From assembly GCA_965237415.1 (NCBI GenBank), contig CBDEFM010000002.1, positions 2,496,001 through 2,560,000 on the forward strand: a DNA stretch of 64,000 nt, given 5' to 3'. The DNA comes from Alphaproteobacteria bacterium. Lineage in GTDB: Bacteria; Pseudomonadota; Alphaproteobacteria; UBA828. The notes under the pieces were generated by a model. It had not been told where the DNA came from. It was given only the letters and a program-made list of their open reading frames with translations, and did not search any database. Below are positions 29,182 through 39,844 of this stretch, piece by piece; position 1 is the stretch's first letter; each line of letters starts with the position of its first letter. The position numbers were made by a program, and so were the translations under genes.

Positions 29182-29880
29182 ATGCTCGACACCCCGCCAG
29201 CGCTCACCATCCGCCGCACGTTCCAACGGCCGCCGCGCGATGCCATCGCTGCGCTGGAAGGCGCGCTGACCGGCCAGGTGGCCGACGCCCTCGGCGGTCT
29301 CGGTGCGCTCGATGCTTCGATCAAGCCGATTGCAGAGGCGCCGCCTTCCATGCAGAGCTTCGTGGGCTCGGCCTTTCCCTGCATGAACAGCCCGGCGGAC
29401 CAGCTCGGCCTGGTCGGCGCGCTCGCTTATGCGGAACCTGGAGACGTGCTTATCGTCGGTACCGAGGCCTATCTCGGCACTGCCGTGATCGGCGACCTGA
29501 TGGCGGGCATGCTGCTCAACCGCGGGGCAGCAGGCTTGGTTACCGACGGTGCGGTGCGCGACACGCCGGGCATCATCGGGGTCGGCTTGCCGGTCTATTG
29601 CGCCGGCGTCAGCCCCAACTCGCCGCAACGGAACGGCCCCGGCACAGTGGGCCTCGCCATCAGCATCGGCGGAGTCACGGTGAGTCCCGGGGATATCGTG
29701 GTGGGTGACGTGGATGGTGTCGTCGTCGTGCCCCAGGATGCGCTGGACGACGTGATCGGCCGCGTCGACGAAATCCGGCGTCAGGAGACCGAGGTGGAGG
29801 CCAAGGTCAAAGAGGGCCTCACGTACCCTGACTCCTGGCGCGCCTACCTGGAGCCGGGGGCCGCCCGCTTTGTCGACTGA
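29182..29880 (+). CDS. RraA/HMG aldolase family protein
   Basis: VADALG, AVIGDLM, VTDGAVRD, PGDIVVGDVDGVVVVP; AAGGA SD. Confidence 0.85.
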   Translation: MLDTPPALTIRRTFQRPPRDAIAALEGALTGQVADALGGLGALDASIKPIAEAPPSMQSFVGSAFPCMNSPADQLGLVGALAYAEPGDVLIVGTEAYLGTAVIGDLMAGMLLNRGAAGLVTDGAVRDTPGIIGVGLPVYCAGVSPNSPQRNGPGTVGLAISIGGVTVSPGDIVVGDVDGVVVVPQDALDDVIGRVDEIRRQETEVEAKVKEGLTYPDSWRAYLEPGAARFVD

Positions 29881-30601
29881 TCCGGGCACTGCCCGGGAAC
29901 GGGCGGCGATCCTCAAGCGCGGAACGAAGGTCCTGATCTTCGACCTCTACGGTACCGTCGTCGACATGCAGGCAGGGCTGACCGAGGCCACAGCCCCTTA
30001 CCTCAAGGAGAAGGGCTGGGACGGCGCGCCGCACCGCTTCGTCACCTGGTGGCGGCGCACCCATTTCGAGAACTCGATGATCGACTCTCTTTGCGGTCGG
30101 GGCCACACCACCTATCGCGAGATCAGCCACCGAGCGCTGTCCTATGTGATGGACCGTTGCGGCTTCCCCTACACGCAGGAGGAGGTGATGCGGTTGGTCA
30201 GCCAAATCGAGGCGCTCAAGCCCTTCCCTGAAGTACCCGCGGCACTGGAGAAGCTGCGCGCCGCTGGCTACGCCCTTGCCATCCTCTCTAACGGCGACCG
30301 CAACATGCTGGAAGCTGCCAAGCCGCACGTGGGCTTTCGCTTCGACCATGTAATCTCGGTTCAGGAGGCCGGCGCCTTCAAGCCCCACTGGCGGACCTAC
30401 GCCAAGGCCGCGGAGATCATCGGCGTTGACCGCACCGCCTGCGCCCTCGTCGCCAATCACGCCTTCGATTGTATCGGCGCCAAGGCTTACGGAATGCGCA
30501 CAATCTCCATCGACCGCCGCAGCCGACCCTTCGGCGAAACTCCGCACCAGCCCGACCTCATCGTCGAGGACGCCACGGCGCTTGCGGCGGTGCTCGCCTG
30601 A
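29870..30601 (+). CDS. Haloacid dehalogenase type II (L-DEX-like HAD)
   Basis: FDLYGT, WRR, LSNG, FKPH..Y, ANHAFDCIGAK. Start uncertain (TTG overlapping the upstream stop). Confidence 0.85.
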   Translation: MSTDPGTARERAAILKRGTKVLIFDLYGTVVDMQAGLTEATAPYLKEKGWDGAPHRFVTWWRRTHFENSMIDSLCGRGHTTYREISHRALSYVMDRCGFPYTQEEVMRLVSQIEALKPFPEVPAALEKLRAAGYALAILSNGDRNMLEAAKPHVGFRFDHVISVQEAGAFKPHWRTYAKAAEIIGVDRTACALVANHAFDCIGAKAYGMRTISIDRRSRPFGETPHQPDLIVEDATALAAVLA

Positions 30602-30611
30602 GGCATCTTGC

Positions 30612-32222
30612 ATGCAAGCCGATTACATCGTAATCGGCGCGGGCTCGGGCGGAGCCGCGGTGGCAGGCCGCCTCGCCGAAGACACGCGCAACCGCGTGGT
30701 GCTCCTCGAAGCGGGGCCGAAGGACACCAACCCCCTGATCCATATACCTGCCGGCTTCGCCCGCCTGCTCACCCACCCAAAACTCAACTGGCGGCGGCAG
30801 TCCGAGCCCGTGCCCGGCCTCGGCGACCGACGCATGCCCTTCCCCTCCGGCAAGGTGCTAGGCGGTTCCAGCGCGATCAACGGGATGCTCTACATCCGCG
30901 GCCAGGCGGAGGACTACGACGCTTGGCGCGACGCCGGCAACGCAGGATGGGGCTGGGAAGATGTGCTGCCCTACTTCCGCAAGGCCGAGGACCAGCAGCA
31001 CGGGGCAAGCGAGAGTCACGGCGCCGGCGGCCCGATCGGGGTGAGCGATACGCGGCCGAGCAGCCCGGCATCGCGGCTCTTTCTCGATGCCGCGGTGCGG
31101 AGCGGTATTCCCCGCCTCGACGACCTCAACAGCGGCGATCAGCACGGCATCGCCGTCGTCCAGGGCACGATCAGGAACGGCCGGCGCATGACCACCGCGG
31201 TAGGCTACCTGCGGCCGGCCGCGACGCGAGGGAACTTGCGTGTCGTAACCGAAGTGTTGGTGGACCGCATCGTCGTGGAAGAAGGTACCGCGACCGGCGT
31301 CGTCTATACCGACAAGTCCGGCGCGACCGTGACAGCGTATTGCGAGCGCGAGGTTGTACTGTGCGCCGGCGCGGTGGCCTCGCCCCAGATCCTGCAGCAA
31401 TCCGGGATCGGCGACGCCGAGACGCTCAGGGAGCTCGGCATCGCGCCGGTCCATCACCTGCCGGGAGTGGGCGAGAACCTCCACGACCATCTGTTCGTGT
31501 TCGTGCAACCGCGGCTGAAGAAGGGGGTGCCGACGCTCAACCGGCTGCTGCGCAGCCGGCCGCGGCTTGTGGCGGAGGTGCTGCGCTACGGCCTCTTCCG
31601 CACCGGTGCGCTGTCGCTCACCTCGTGCGAGGTCTGCGGCTTTCTGGACTCCACCGAGCAAGGCCGCAGGCCCGACATCGAAATCACCTTCCGGCCGCTC
31701 AGCTTCGACCTTCTGCCGAACGGCGGCTGGCGCCCACACCCCTATCCCGGCGGCACGAGCTCGGTCTGCGCAACACGACCCAGGAGCCGCGGCCGGGTGA
31801 CGCTAATGCGGAACGAAAACGGCGCGCGGCGGGTCGCGATCCAGCCCAACTACCTTGCGCACGACGAGGACGTGATGAGCCTCGTGCGCGGCATCCGCAT
31901 CCTGCGGCGCATCCTCGGCACCGAGCCCTTCGCCTCATGCCTCGAGTTCGAGCAGCGGCCGGGCTCGGACGTCGAGAGCGACGCGGCGCTGATCGAGTAC
32001 GTGCGCGAGACTGCGAGCACGGTCTATCACCCGGTGGGCACCTGCAAGATGGGCAGCGATGCGATGAGCGTCGTCGACGAGCGGCTTCGGGTGCACGGCA
32101 TCGCGGGGCTCCGCGTCGCCGACGCTTCGATCATGCCTGACATCCCCTCCGGCAACACCAACGCGCCCACCATCATGATCGGCGAAAAGGCGGCCGACAT
32201 GATCAGCCGCGACCACAATTAG
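30612..32222 (+). CDS. GMC family oxidoreductase (choline dehydrogenase-like)
   Basis: [54 protein letters not shown]. Confidence 0.93.
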   Translation: MQADYIVIGAGSGGAAVAGRLAEDTRNRVVLLEAGPKDTNPLIHIPAGFARLLTHPKLNWRRQSEPVPGLGDRRMPFPSGKVLGGSSAINGMLYIRGQAEDYDAWRDAGNAGWGWEDVLPYFRKAEDQQHGASESHGAGGPIGVSDTRPSSPASRLFLDAAVRSGIPRLDDLNSGDQHGIAVVQGTIRNGRRMTTAVGYLRPAATRGNLRVVTEVLVDRIVVEEGTATGVVYTDKSGATVTAYCEREVVLCAGAVASPQILQQSGIGDAETLRELGIAPVHHLPGVGENLHDHLFVFVQPRLKKGVPTLNRLLRSRPRLVAEVLRYGLFRTGALSLTSCEVCGFLDSTEQGRRPDIEITFRPLSFDLLPNGGWRPHPYPGGTSSVCATRPRSRGRVTLMRNENGARRVAIQPNYLAHDEDVMSLVRGIRILRRILGTEPFASCLEFEQRPGSDVESDAALIEYVRETASTVYHPVGTCKMGSDAMSVVDERLRVHGIAGLRVADASIMPDIPSGNTNAPTIMIGEKAADMISRDHN

Positions 32223-32255
32223 AGCGGCCAAAAGGCAACCATTTAGGCCGTCTCT
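32221..32255 (+). terminator. Possible hairpin after the GMC gene
   Basis: AGAG-CGGCC ... GGCCG-T-CTCT stem followed by a T-rich stretch; the U-tail is imperfect. Confidence 0.3.
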
Positions 32256-32318
32256 GTCACTAATTTTGTCTCCCCCCGCCGCCTTGCCCCGCCTTGGTGA
32301 GGGCGGCATAGTGCAGCC

Positions 32319-32900
32319 ATGGAATGGCGCCATGCAGTGGAGAGGGGTGTGCACCGCGAGGCGGAGGAGCCGCCCGTTCGCGTGTGCGAGCATCCAGACT
32401 GCGACTGCGCCGCGGACCACAAGGCGCCGCGCGCACCCAGCGACCTCCGCTCCTGGCGCTGGTTCTGCCTCGACCATGTGCGCGACTACAACCGCTCTTG
32501 GAACTTCTTCGCGGGCTGGAGCCAGCACGACATCGAGCGCTTTCAACACGACGACATGACCGGGCATCGCCCCACATGGCCGTTCTGCCAGGGACCGGGC
32601 GGGCGCCGGCGGGAGGACCTGGAGGCAGCGTTGCGCACCTTCGCGCGCGAGTGGCTGGGTGGCGAAGAAGGGCAGAACGGACGACGGCGGCCGGGCACAA
32701 ACGGGCACTCAGAGGCCACACTCGAAGCGCTCGCGCTCTTCGACCTCACGCCACCCTTCGACCTCGACTCGCTCAAGCGGCGCTACAAGTCGCTAGTCAA
32801 ACGGCACCACCCAGACGCCAACGGCGGTTCGCGCGAATCCGAGGAGCTTTTGAAACACATCAATCACGCCTATAACTACCTCAAGAAGGAGTGCTCATAG
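32319..32900 (+). CDS. J-domain protein (alphaproteobacterial, cobS-linked)
   Basis: C.HPDC...[23 protein letters not shown], and C-terminal J domain HPDANGG. Confidence 0.9.
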   Translation: MEWRHAVERGVHREAEEPPVRVCEHPDCDCAADHKAPRAPSDLRSWRWFCLDHVRDYNRSWNFFAGWSQHDIERFQHDDMTGHRPTWPFCQGPGGRRREDLEAALRTFAREWLGGEEGQNGRRRPGTNGHSEATLEALALFDLTPPFDLDSLKRRYKSLVKRHHPDANGGSRESEELLKHINHAYNYLKKECS

Positions 32901-32976
32901 ACGAGGCGTGGTCAATCGGACTGGCACGGGGGCGGCCGCCGATGGCGGCCTTCTTCGTGTGGAAGGAAAGCGCGCA

Positions 32977-33978
32977 ATGCAGAAGAACGAGGCAGAGACG
33001 CCGGGCGCCAACGGCGGTGTGCCGGACATCCAGGTTTCCGTCAGCCAGACTTTCGGTATCGACACCTACATGGAGGTGCCGGCGTTCTCGGAGCCCACGG
33101 ACCATGTGCCGGACATCGACAACGCCTATCGCTTCGACCGCGACACCACGCTCACCATCCTCGCCGGCTTCGCGCACAACCGCCGGGTGATGATCCAGGG
33201 CTACCACGGCACCGGCAAATCCACCCACATCGAACAGGTGGCGGCCCGCCTCAACTGGCCCTGCATCCGCATCAACCTCGACAGCCACATCAGCCGCATC
33301 GACCTGATCGGCAAGGACGCGATCGTGATCCGCGACGGGGTGCAGGTGACCGAGTTTCGCGAAGGCCTGCTGCCGTGGGCGCTGCAGCATCCGACGGCGC
33401 TGGTGTTCGACGAGTACGACGCCGGCCGGCCTGACGTGATGTTTGTGATCCAGCGCATCCTCGAGGTCGACGGCAAGCTCACCCTGCTCGACCAGAACCG
33501 GGTGGTGCGGCCGCATCCCGCGTTCCGCATTTTCTCCACCACCAACACCGTCGGGCTCGGCGATACGACTGGCCTCTATCACGGCACGCAGCAGATCAAC
33601 CAGGGCCAGATGGACCGCTGGAACCTGGTCGCGACGCTCAACTACCTCGCCCACGACGAGGAAGTGAAGATCGTGCTGTCGAAGGTGCCCTCCTACGAAA
33701 CCGAGGAGCGGCTCAAGCTGATCCATGCGATGGTCGAGGTGGCAGCGCTCTCCCGCGCCGGCTTCATGGCCGGCGACGTGTCCACCGTCATGTCGCCGCG
33801 CACGGTCATCCACTGGGCCGAGAACGCCGAGATCTTCGACGATGTGGGCTACGCCTTCCGCACCACCTTCGTGAACAAGTGCGACGAGATGGAACGGCCG
33901 ATCATCGCCGAGTACTTCCAGCGCTGCCTGGGCGTGGAGCTACCGGAATCGTCGGCGCCGCTGCAGGCGAGAAACTGA
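32977..33978 (+). CDS. cobS: Cobaltochelatase subunit CobS (MoxR-type AAA+)
   Basis: [56 protein letters not shown]. Confidence 0.95.
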   Translation: MQKNEAETPGANGGVPDIQVSVSQTFGIDTYMEVPAFSEPTDHVPDIDNAYRFDRDTTLTILAGFAHNRRVMIQGYHGTGKSTHIEQVAARLNWPCIRINLDSHISRIDLIGKDAIVIRDGVQVTEFREGLLPWALQHPTALVFDEYDAGRPDVMFVIQRILEVDGKLTLLDQNRVVRPHPAFRIFSTTNTVGLGDTTGLYHGTQQINQGQMDRWNLVATLNYLAHDEEVKIVLSKVPSYETEERLKLIHAMVEVAALSRAGFMAGDVSTVMSPRTVIHWAENAEIFDDVGYAFRTTFVNKCDEMERPIIAEYFQRCLGVELPESSAPLQARN

Positions 33979-33993
33979 GCCGGACCACGCCTC

Positions 33994-35874
33994 GTGCCCC
34001 AAGAGGAAACCCCGGTCGAGACCTTCCAGCGGGCCGTCGGCTCGGCGCTCCGGGCTATCGCGGGCGAGGCGGGCGAGGAGCTGCAGGTTTCCTTCGGCGC
34101 GGACCAGCCGCAGGTCGCAGGCGACCAGGTCCAGCTTCCGTTTCCGGCGCGCGATCTCAACGCGCTCGACGTTGAGCTGGTGCGCGGCTCGGCCGACGCG
34201 CTGGCGCTCAGGCTTCGCTACCACGACCAGGGCGCCCACGTGCGCGAACAGCCGCGCGGCAAGACGGCGCGCACGATTTTCGAAGCGATCGAGCAGACGA
34301 GGGTCGAGGCGCTGGGCGCAGGCCGGCTTGCCGGCGTTGCCGCGAACCTCGATTCCGCGCTCGAGCAGAGATGCCGCCGCAAGGGCTACGATCACTGCAA
34401 TGCGCCCGAGGAGGTGCCGATCGCAGAGGCGCTCGCCATGATCATGCGCGAGAAGCTCACCGGCCGGCACTTGCCGCAGTCCGCCCGCCACATGGCCGAC
34501 CTGTGGCGGCCCTGGTTCGAGACCAAAGGCGCGAAGTACACGGCGCAGCTCATGCGCGCGATGAACGATCAGACCCAGTTTTCGTCGCTCTCCAGGCGCC
34601 TGATCAAGGACCTGGACCTGCCCGACGAGGACGCCGAAGACCCGGACGACGCCGAGGACCAGTCGAGCCCCGAACAGACCGACGATGACGACGCCAGCCA
34701 GCCTGGCGATGCCGAGCGCGGCGACGAAATGGATTCGGACAGCGACCGGGAGGCGGATGCCGACGCGGACGCGGATGCCGACGCGCAGGACGCGGCCGAC
34801 GAAGACGCTGACGCCTCGATGAGCGAGGGCGAGGACGACGACGAGGAAGCCGGCCGGCGGCGCTTCCACCCCGGCAGCGGGCCGGGGCAGCCGAAGGAGC
34901 CGCCCTACAAGGCATTCACGACCGCCTTCGACGAGATCGTCAACGCGTCCGACCTCTGCGACGCCGAGGAACTGACCAGGCTCCGTCTTCAGCTCGACCA
35001 ACAGCTCTCGCAGCTGCATGGGGTCATCAGCCGGCTCGCAAACCGGCTGCAGCGGCGCCTTCTCGCGCGCCAGACGCGCTCGTGGGAGTTCGACCTCGAA
35101 GAGGGCCTGCTGGATACCGCGAGGCTGTCCCGTGTCGTCACCAACCCGCTCCATCCGCTCTCCTACAAGATGGAGAAGGAAACCTCCTTCAGGGATACGG
35201 CGGTGACGCTGCTCATCGACAACTCAGGTTCCATGCGCGGGCGGCCGATTATGGTCGCTGCGATGAGCGGCGACGTTCTAGCACGGACCCTGGAGCGCTG
35301 CGGCGTGAAGGTGGAGATCCTGGGCTTCACCACCCGGGCGTGGAAGGGAGGCCAATCGCGCGAGCGCTGGCTTGCCGAGGGTCGCACGCGCAATCCGGGT
35401 CGCCTCAACGACCTCCGCCACATCGTCTACAAGAATGCCGACGAGCCCTGGCGTCGGGCGCGGAAGAGCCTCGGGCTCATGCTGCGCGAGGGCCTGCTGA
35501 AGGAGAACATCGACGGTGAGGCGTTGCTCTGGGCGCATGAGCGCCTTCTCGCGAGGTCCGAGGAGCGCCGCATTCTGATGGTGATCTCCGACGGCGCGCC
35601 GGTGGACGACAGCACGCTCTCAGTCAACGCGCGCAATTATCTGGAGCGGCATCTACGCTCGGTGATCGATTGGGTCGAGACCTTTTCGCCGGTCCAGCTA
35701 TTGGCCATCGGCATCGGGCACGATGTGACCCGCTACTACCGCCGTGCCGTCACGCTCACCGATGCGGAGCAACTCGGTGGCACCATGACCGAAAAACTCG
35801 CCGAGCTCTTCGACGAGAAGCCGCGCGAGGAGCGCGCCTTTGGATCCCGCCCGCGGCTCAGGAGTGCTTCGTAG
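33994..35874 (+). CDS. cobT: Cobaltochelatase subunit CobT (acidic linker + vWA)
   Basis: [14 protein letters not shown], acidic DADADAD linker, [38 protein letters not shown]. Confidence 0.95.
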   Translation: MPQEETPVETFQRAVGSALRAIAGEAGEELQVSFGADQPQVAGDQVQLPFPARDLNALDVELVRGSADALALRLRYHDQGAHVREQPRGKTARTIFEAIEQTRVEALGAGRLAGVAANLDSALEQRCRRKGYDHCNAPEEVPIAEALAMIMREKLTGRHLPQSARHMADLWRPWFETKGAKYTAQLMRAMNDQTQFSSLSRRLIKDLDLPDEDAEDPDDAEDQSSPEQTDDDDASQPGDAERGDEMDSDSDREADADADADADAQDAADEDADASMSEGEDDDEEAGRRRFHPGSGPGQPKEPPYKAFTTAFDEIVNASDLCDAEELTRLRLQLDQQLSQLHGVISRLANRLQRRLLARQTRSWEFDLEEGLLDTARLSRVVTNPLHPLSYKMEKETSFRDTAVTLLIDNSGSMRGRPIMVAAMSGDVLARTLERCGVKVEILGFTTRAWKGGQSRERWLAEGRTRNPGRLNDLRHIVYKNADEPWRRARKSLGLMLREGLLKENIDGEALLWAHERLLARSEERRILMVISDGAPVDDSTLSVNARNYLERHLRSVIDWVETFSPVQLLAIGIGHDVTRYYRRAVTLTDAEQLGGTMTEKLAELFDEKPREERAFGSRPRLRSAS

Positions 35875-35902
35875 CGCCTAACCGCGCATGGCTGCGCGCC
35901 CC

Positions 35903-36667
35903 TCACACAAGATAGGCTTGGAAGAAGGCCAAGGTGCGCTGCCAAGCGAGGGCGGCGTCCTCCTCGTCGTAGCGGGCGCTGGTTGGGTTGGCGAAGCCGT
36001 GATCTGCCTCGTACCAGTGGCTCTCGGCGCTCTTGCCGGCCGCCGCCATCTCGGACTCGAAACCGTCCACCATGGCTTGGTTGATCCACTTGTCGCGGGT
36101 GGCGAAGTGGCCGAGCACCGGCCCGGTGAGCGCTGCCAGGCGCTCACGCCCCTTCTTGACGCTGCCGTAGTAGACGATCGTCGCGTCGACCGGCGCCGCG
36201 AGCGAGGCGTTGAGCGACCAGCCGCCGCCAAAGCACCAGCCCACGGTGCCGACCTTACCGGTGCCGTCTTCATGGCTCCGCAGCCAGTTGACCCATGAAG
36301 CGCAGGTGTCGGTCGCGGCCCCGGCGTCCACCGCCCCGACCAGCTCGCGCGCGGTCTGTGGATCGTCGGTCACTTGGCCATCGTAAAGATCAATAGCGAG
36401 CGCCAGATAGCCGGTCTCCGCCAGTGCCGCGGCAACCGACTTGATCTGGTCGTTCAGCCCCCACCATTCGTGCACCAGAATGACGGCCGGCGCCGGTAGC
36501 GCGGCGGGCACACCGAGCGCGGCCGAGACGGACCGGCCGCCTGCGGTGGTGATGGTGACGGTCTCGAGGCTGGCGGCGGCAGCCCGGGCGAGCCGCGGGT
36601 CCGCGAGGACCGCTGCGAGCGGCAGCCCGGCGAGACCGATGAGGAGGTCACGTCTTGCGAGTCCCAT
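35903..36667 (-). CDS. Dienelactone hydrolase family protein, probably exported
   Basis: HEWWGLN, GWCFGG nucleophile, ADHGFANP; N-terminal RRDLL plus a hydrophobic stretch. Confidence 0.9.
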   Translation of the reverse strand: MGLARRDLLIGLAGLPLAAVLADPRLARAAAASLETVTITTAGGRSVSAALGVPAALPAPAVILVHEWWGLNDQIKSVAAALAETGYLALAIDLYDGQVTDDPQTARELVGAVDAGAATDTCASWVNWLRSHEDGTGKVGTVGWCFGGGWSLNASLAAPVDATIVYYGSVKKGRERLAALTGPVLGHFATRDKWINQAMVDGFESEMAAAGKSAESHWYEADHGFANPTSARYDEEDAALAWQRTLAFFQAYLV

Positions 36668-36808
36668 GGCGCGTCGTCCTCCGTTGCGATGTCAGGGCGC
36701 CCATGGTCGGGCGCGCGCGGGCCCGGCGCAAGACGTGATCGGGCCGCCCATTGCTTTCTCCGCCGGACGCCTCCCTGTATCCTCGCGCGGCTTCAGCGGA
36801 GGAGGGCC

Positions 36809-38536
36809 ATGGCGAGTTCGATCGAGGCGCGAGACATCAGCCGCCGGCGGGGAGCCGGCGCGCAGCTCAGGCGAGAGGAAGACCCGACGAACCGCCCGAT
36901 TACCGGCGGCGATACGCTGGTCAAGACCCTTCTCGACCACGGCGTCGATACCGCGTTCGGCGTGCCGGGCGAGAGTTACCTCGCCGTCCTCGAAGCGCTG
37001 CGGGCGGCGCAGGATCGGCTCCGCTTCGTCGTCACCCGCCATGAATCCGGTGCCACCTTCGCCGCCTGCGCCTACGGCCGGCTCGCGCGCAAGCCGGGTG
37101 TCGCCTTCGTGACCCGCGGGCCCGGCGCCACCAACGGCGCGATCGGAATCCACACCGCGCGCCAGGATTCGGTACCGTTGCTTCTCTTTGTCGGCCAGGT
37201 GCCGTCGGGGCAGCGCGGCCGGGAGGCCTTTCAGGAGATCGACTATCACCGCATGCTGGGGCCGCTGACCAAGGCGGTGTTCGAGCCGCAGACGCCGCAG
37301 GAAGTCGCGGAGGCTGCTGCGGAGGCCCATGCGATCGCCATGGACGGAAGGCCCGGGCCGGTCGCCGTTTCGCTGCCTGAGGACGTCACCGAGGGCGCGG
37401 CCGGCAACGCGCCACCGCCGGCGCTCCGCCCACGTAGGGACCGCCCGCCCGCGCCGGAGGCGATCGAGGACATCGCCCGGCACCTCACGCGCGCCGAGCG
37501 CCCCGTCGTGATCGCAGGCGAGATGGTGGGCTCCGAGGGCGCCAACGAGGCGCTCGCCGCCTTCGCCGAGGCCTATGGCTGCGGCGTGCTCAGCTCCTTC
37601 CGCCAGCAGGGGGTGGTGCCGTCCGCGCACCCCGCCTATCTGGGGACGCTCGGCTTGGCACTCCCGCCCTATCAGGAAGACCTGCTGGCCGAGGCGGATC
37701 TTGTGCTGGCGCTCGGCACCCGGCTCGACCTCGCCACCACCCTCGACGATCGGGTGACGGAGGAGGCGCGCCTCGTCATCCATGTCTACCCGGATGGCGA
37801 TGCACTGGCCGCTGCCGGTGGCGACCTGCAGGTCTGTGCCGATATCGCGCCGGTGCTGGAGGGCCTCTGCGCCGCCGCGCCGGAGGCCCCGCCCGCGACC
37901 CGAAACGCTTGGCGCGCGACCCAGCGCGCGGCGTTCGATGCGTTCCGCCAGAACGCCGCCGCGCCGGCGCTCGGTGCGGTCGATCTCGCCGCCGTCGTGC
38001 AGACGCTGGCCGAGCGGGTGCCTGAGGATGCGACCATCGTCAACGACGCCGGCAATTTCTCCACCTGGCTGCTCCGCCACTACCCTTACGAACATCCGCT
38101 GTCCCAGGCCGCACCGGCGGTCGGCGCCATGGGCTATGCCATGCCCGGCGCGATCGGCGCGCAGCTCGCGCGGCCCGGCAAGCGGGTGGTGGCGCTCGCC
38201 GGCGACGGCGGCTTCGGCATGACCGGGCAGGAGCTGATCACGGCGGTCGGCAACCGTCTGCCGATCGTCGTGCTGGTGTGCGACAACGGCGGCTACGGCA
38301 CCATCGCCATGCATCAGCACCAGCGCTACGGCGCCGACGCCACCTACGGCATCGCGCTCGACCGTCCGGACTTCGCGGCTGCCGCCCGCGCCTGGGGCGC
38401 AGACGCCTGGACGGTCGCGGCCACCGAGGATTTTGCACCGGCGCTGGAGGGGGCATTGGCGGCGCAAGGCCCCACGCTGATTCACCTCAAGACCGACATG
38501 CGCGATCTCGCGGCCTCGGGCGCCAAGATGCAGTGA
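36809..38536 (+). CDS. Thiamine pyrophosphate-dependent enzyme (acetolactate synthase-like)
   Basis: FGVPGESYL, RHESGA, TRGPGATN, AFQEID, GAMGY, GDGGFGMTGQEL...DNGGYG. Start uncertain. Confidence 0.9.
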   Translation: MASSIEARDISRRRGAGAQLRREEDPTNRPITGGDTLVKTLLDHGVDTAFGVPGESYLAVLEALRAAQDRLRFVVTRHESGATFAACAYGRLARKPGVAFVTRGPGATNGAIGIHTARQDSVPLLLFVGQVPSGQRGREAFQEIDYHRMLGPLTKAVFEPQTPQEVAEAAAEAHAIAMDGRPGPVAVSLPEDVTEGAAGNAPPPALRPRRDRPPAPEAIEDIARHLTRAERPVVIAGEMVGSEGANEALAAFAEAYGCGVLSSFRQQGVVPSAHPAYLGTLGLALPPYQEDLLAEADLVLALGTRLDLATTLDDRVTEEARLVIHVYPDGDALAAAGGDLQVCADIAPVLEGLCAAAPEAPPATRNAWRATQRAAFDAFRQNAAAPALGAVDLAAVVQTLAERVPEDATIVNDAGNFSTWLLRHYPYEHPLSQAAPAVGAMGYAMPGAIGAQLARPGKRVVALAGDGGFGMTGQELITAVGNRLPIVVLVCDNGGYGTIAMHQHQRYGADATYGIALDRPDFAAAARAWGADAWTVAATEDFAPALEGALAAQGPTLIHLKTDMRDLAASGAKMQ

Positions 38537-38538
38537 CA

Positions 38539-39759
38539 ATGCCCGCCGGCGACGCGACCGAGGCCGATGGAAACGGCCCGGCGCCGGAAGACGCGCCGGG
38601 CGAGGCTGCCGTCGAAGCGCATGTTTTGAGCTCAATCACCCAGGTGGACGCGGCCGCCTGGGACCGCTGCGCGGGCCCCGACAACCCCTTCGTCCGCCAT
38701 GGCTTTCTGTCAGCGCTCGAAGAGAGCGGTTCGAGCACGACGGAGACCGGCTGGCACCCTCGACACATCGTTCTCAAGACCCCGCAGGGCGCCGTCCTCG
38801 GCGCCGTGCCGATGTATCTCAAGAACCATTCCCACGGCGAATACGTGTTCGACCACGGCTGGGCGGACGCATTCGAGCGCGCCGGCGGCCGCTACTATCC
38901 TAAGCTTCAGGTCTCGGTCCCGTTCACGCCGGTGACCGGGCCGCGCCTGCTCGCACCCGCGGGACCGAGCGCGGAAGCGGTGAGGACGGCCTTGCTGTCG
39001 ACCTGCGTCGGCGTCTGCGACCAGACTGGCGTCTCGTCGCTGCACGTCACCTTTCCCACCGAGGACGAGTTCGGCCTGATGGGCGAAGCGGGGCTCCTGC
39101 AACGCACGGGCATCCAGTTCCACTGGCTCAACGAGGGCTATAGCACCTTCGACGACTTCCTCGCCGGCCTCGCCTCGCGCAAGCGGAAGCAGATACGCAA
39201 GGAACGGCAAACGGTGGCGGACTCGGGCCTGACGATCACGGCGCTTGCGGGTAGCGAGATCGAGGAGCGCCACTGGGATGCCTTCTTCGCCTTCTACCGG
39301 ACGACCGGCAGCCGCAAGTGGGGGGTGCCCTATCTCACGCGCGCCTTCTTCAGTCTCCTCAGCGAGCGGATGGCCGATGCGGTGGTGCTGGTGATGGTCG
39401 AGCGGGCGGGCCAGCCCATCGCGGGGGCGCTTAACCTTGCGGGGTCGGACACGCTCTACGGCCGCAACTGGGGCTGTATCGAGGAGCACCGCTTCTTGCA
39501 CTTCGAGGCCTGCTACTACCGCGCTATCGACTACGCCATCGCGCGCGGCCTAAAGCGGGTCGAGGCCGGCGCCCAGGGGCCGCACAAGCTCGCCCGCGGC
39601 TACCTGCCCGTGCCCACCTATTCCGCGCACTGGGTCGCCAACGAGAGCCTGCGGGAGGCGGTCGGGCGCTACCTCGACCACGAGACGCGGGAGATCGACC
39701 GGGAGATCGCCGTACTGGAGCGGCACGGCCCCTTCCGCCAGAGCGACGACGCGGCCTGA
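38539..39759 (+). CDS. GNAT/FemAB-like protein (DUF482)
   Basis: NPFV.HGFL.ALE, HSHGEYVFDHGWA, YYPKL..PFTPVTG, LHFEACYY, EAGAQG.HKLARGY. Confidence 0.9.
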   Translation: MPAGDATEADGNGPAPEDAPGEAAVEAHVLSSITQVDAAAWDRCAGPDNPFVRHGFLSALEESGSSTTETGWHPRHIVLKTPQGAVLGAVPMYLKNHSHGEYVFDHGWADAFERAGGRYYPKLQVSVPFTPVTGPRLLAPAGPSAEAVRTALLSTCVGVCDQTGVSSLHVTFPTEDEFGLMGEAGLLQRTGIQFHWLNEGYSTFDDFLAGLASRKRKQIRKERQTVADSGLTITALAGSEIEERHWDAFFAFYRTTGSRKWGVPYLTRAFFSLLSERMADAVVLVMVERAGQPIAGALNLAGSDTLYGRNWGCIEEHRFLHFEACYYRAIDYAIARGLKRVEAGAQGPHKLARGYLPVPTYSAHWVANESLREAVGRYLDHETREIDREIAVLERHGPFRQSDDAA

Positions 39760-39844
39760 GGGGGTCCCCCGCCCGCCTTGCGTCAGACACCACAGCACCC
39801 CAAGATCGCCGGCACTCCAACCGCCGCGCCCGAGGAGAAATCGA

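Noticed and set aside
34600-34850. Low-complexity GAC/GCC repeats
   Set aside because: This is the normal acidic linker of CobT.
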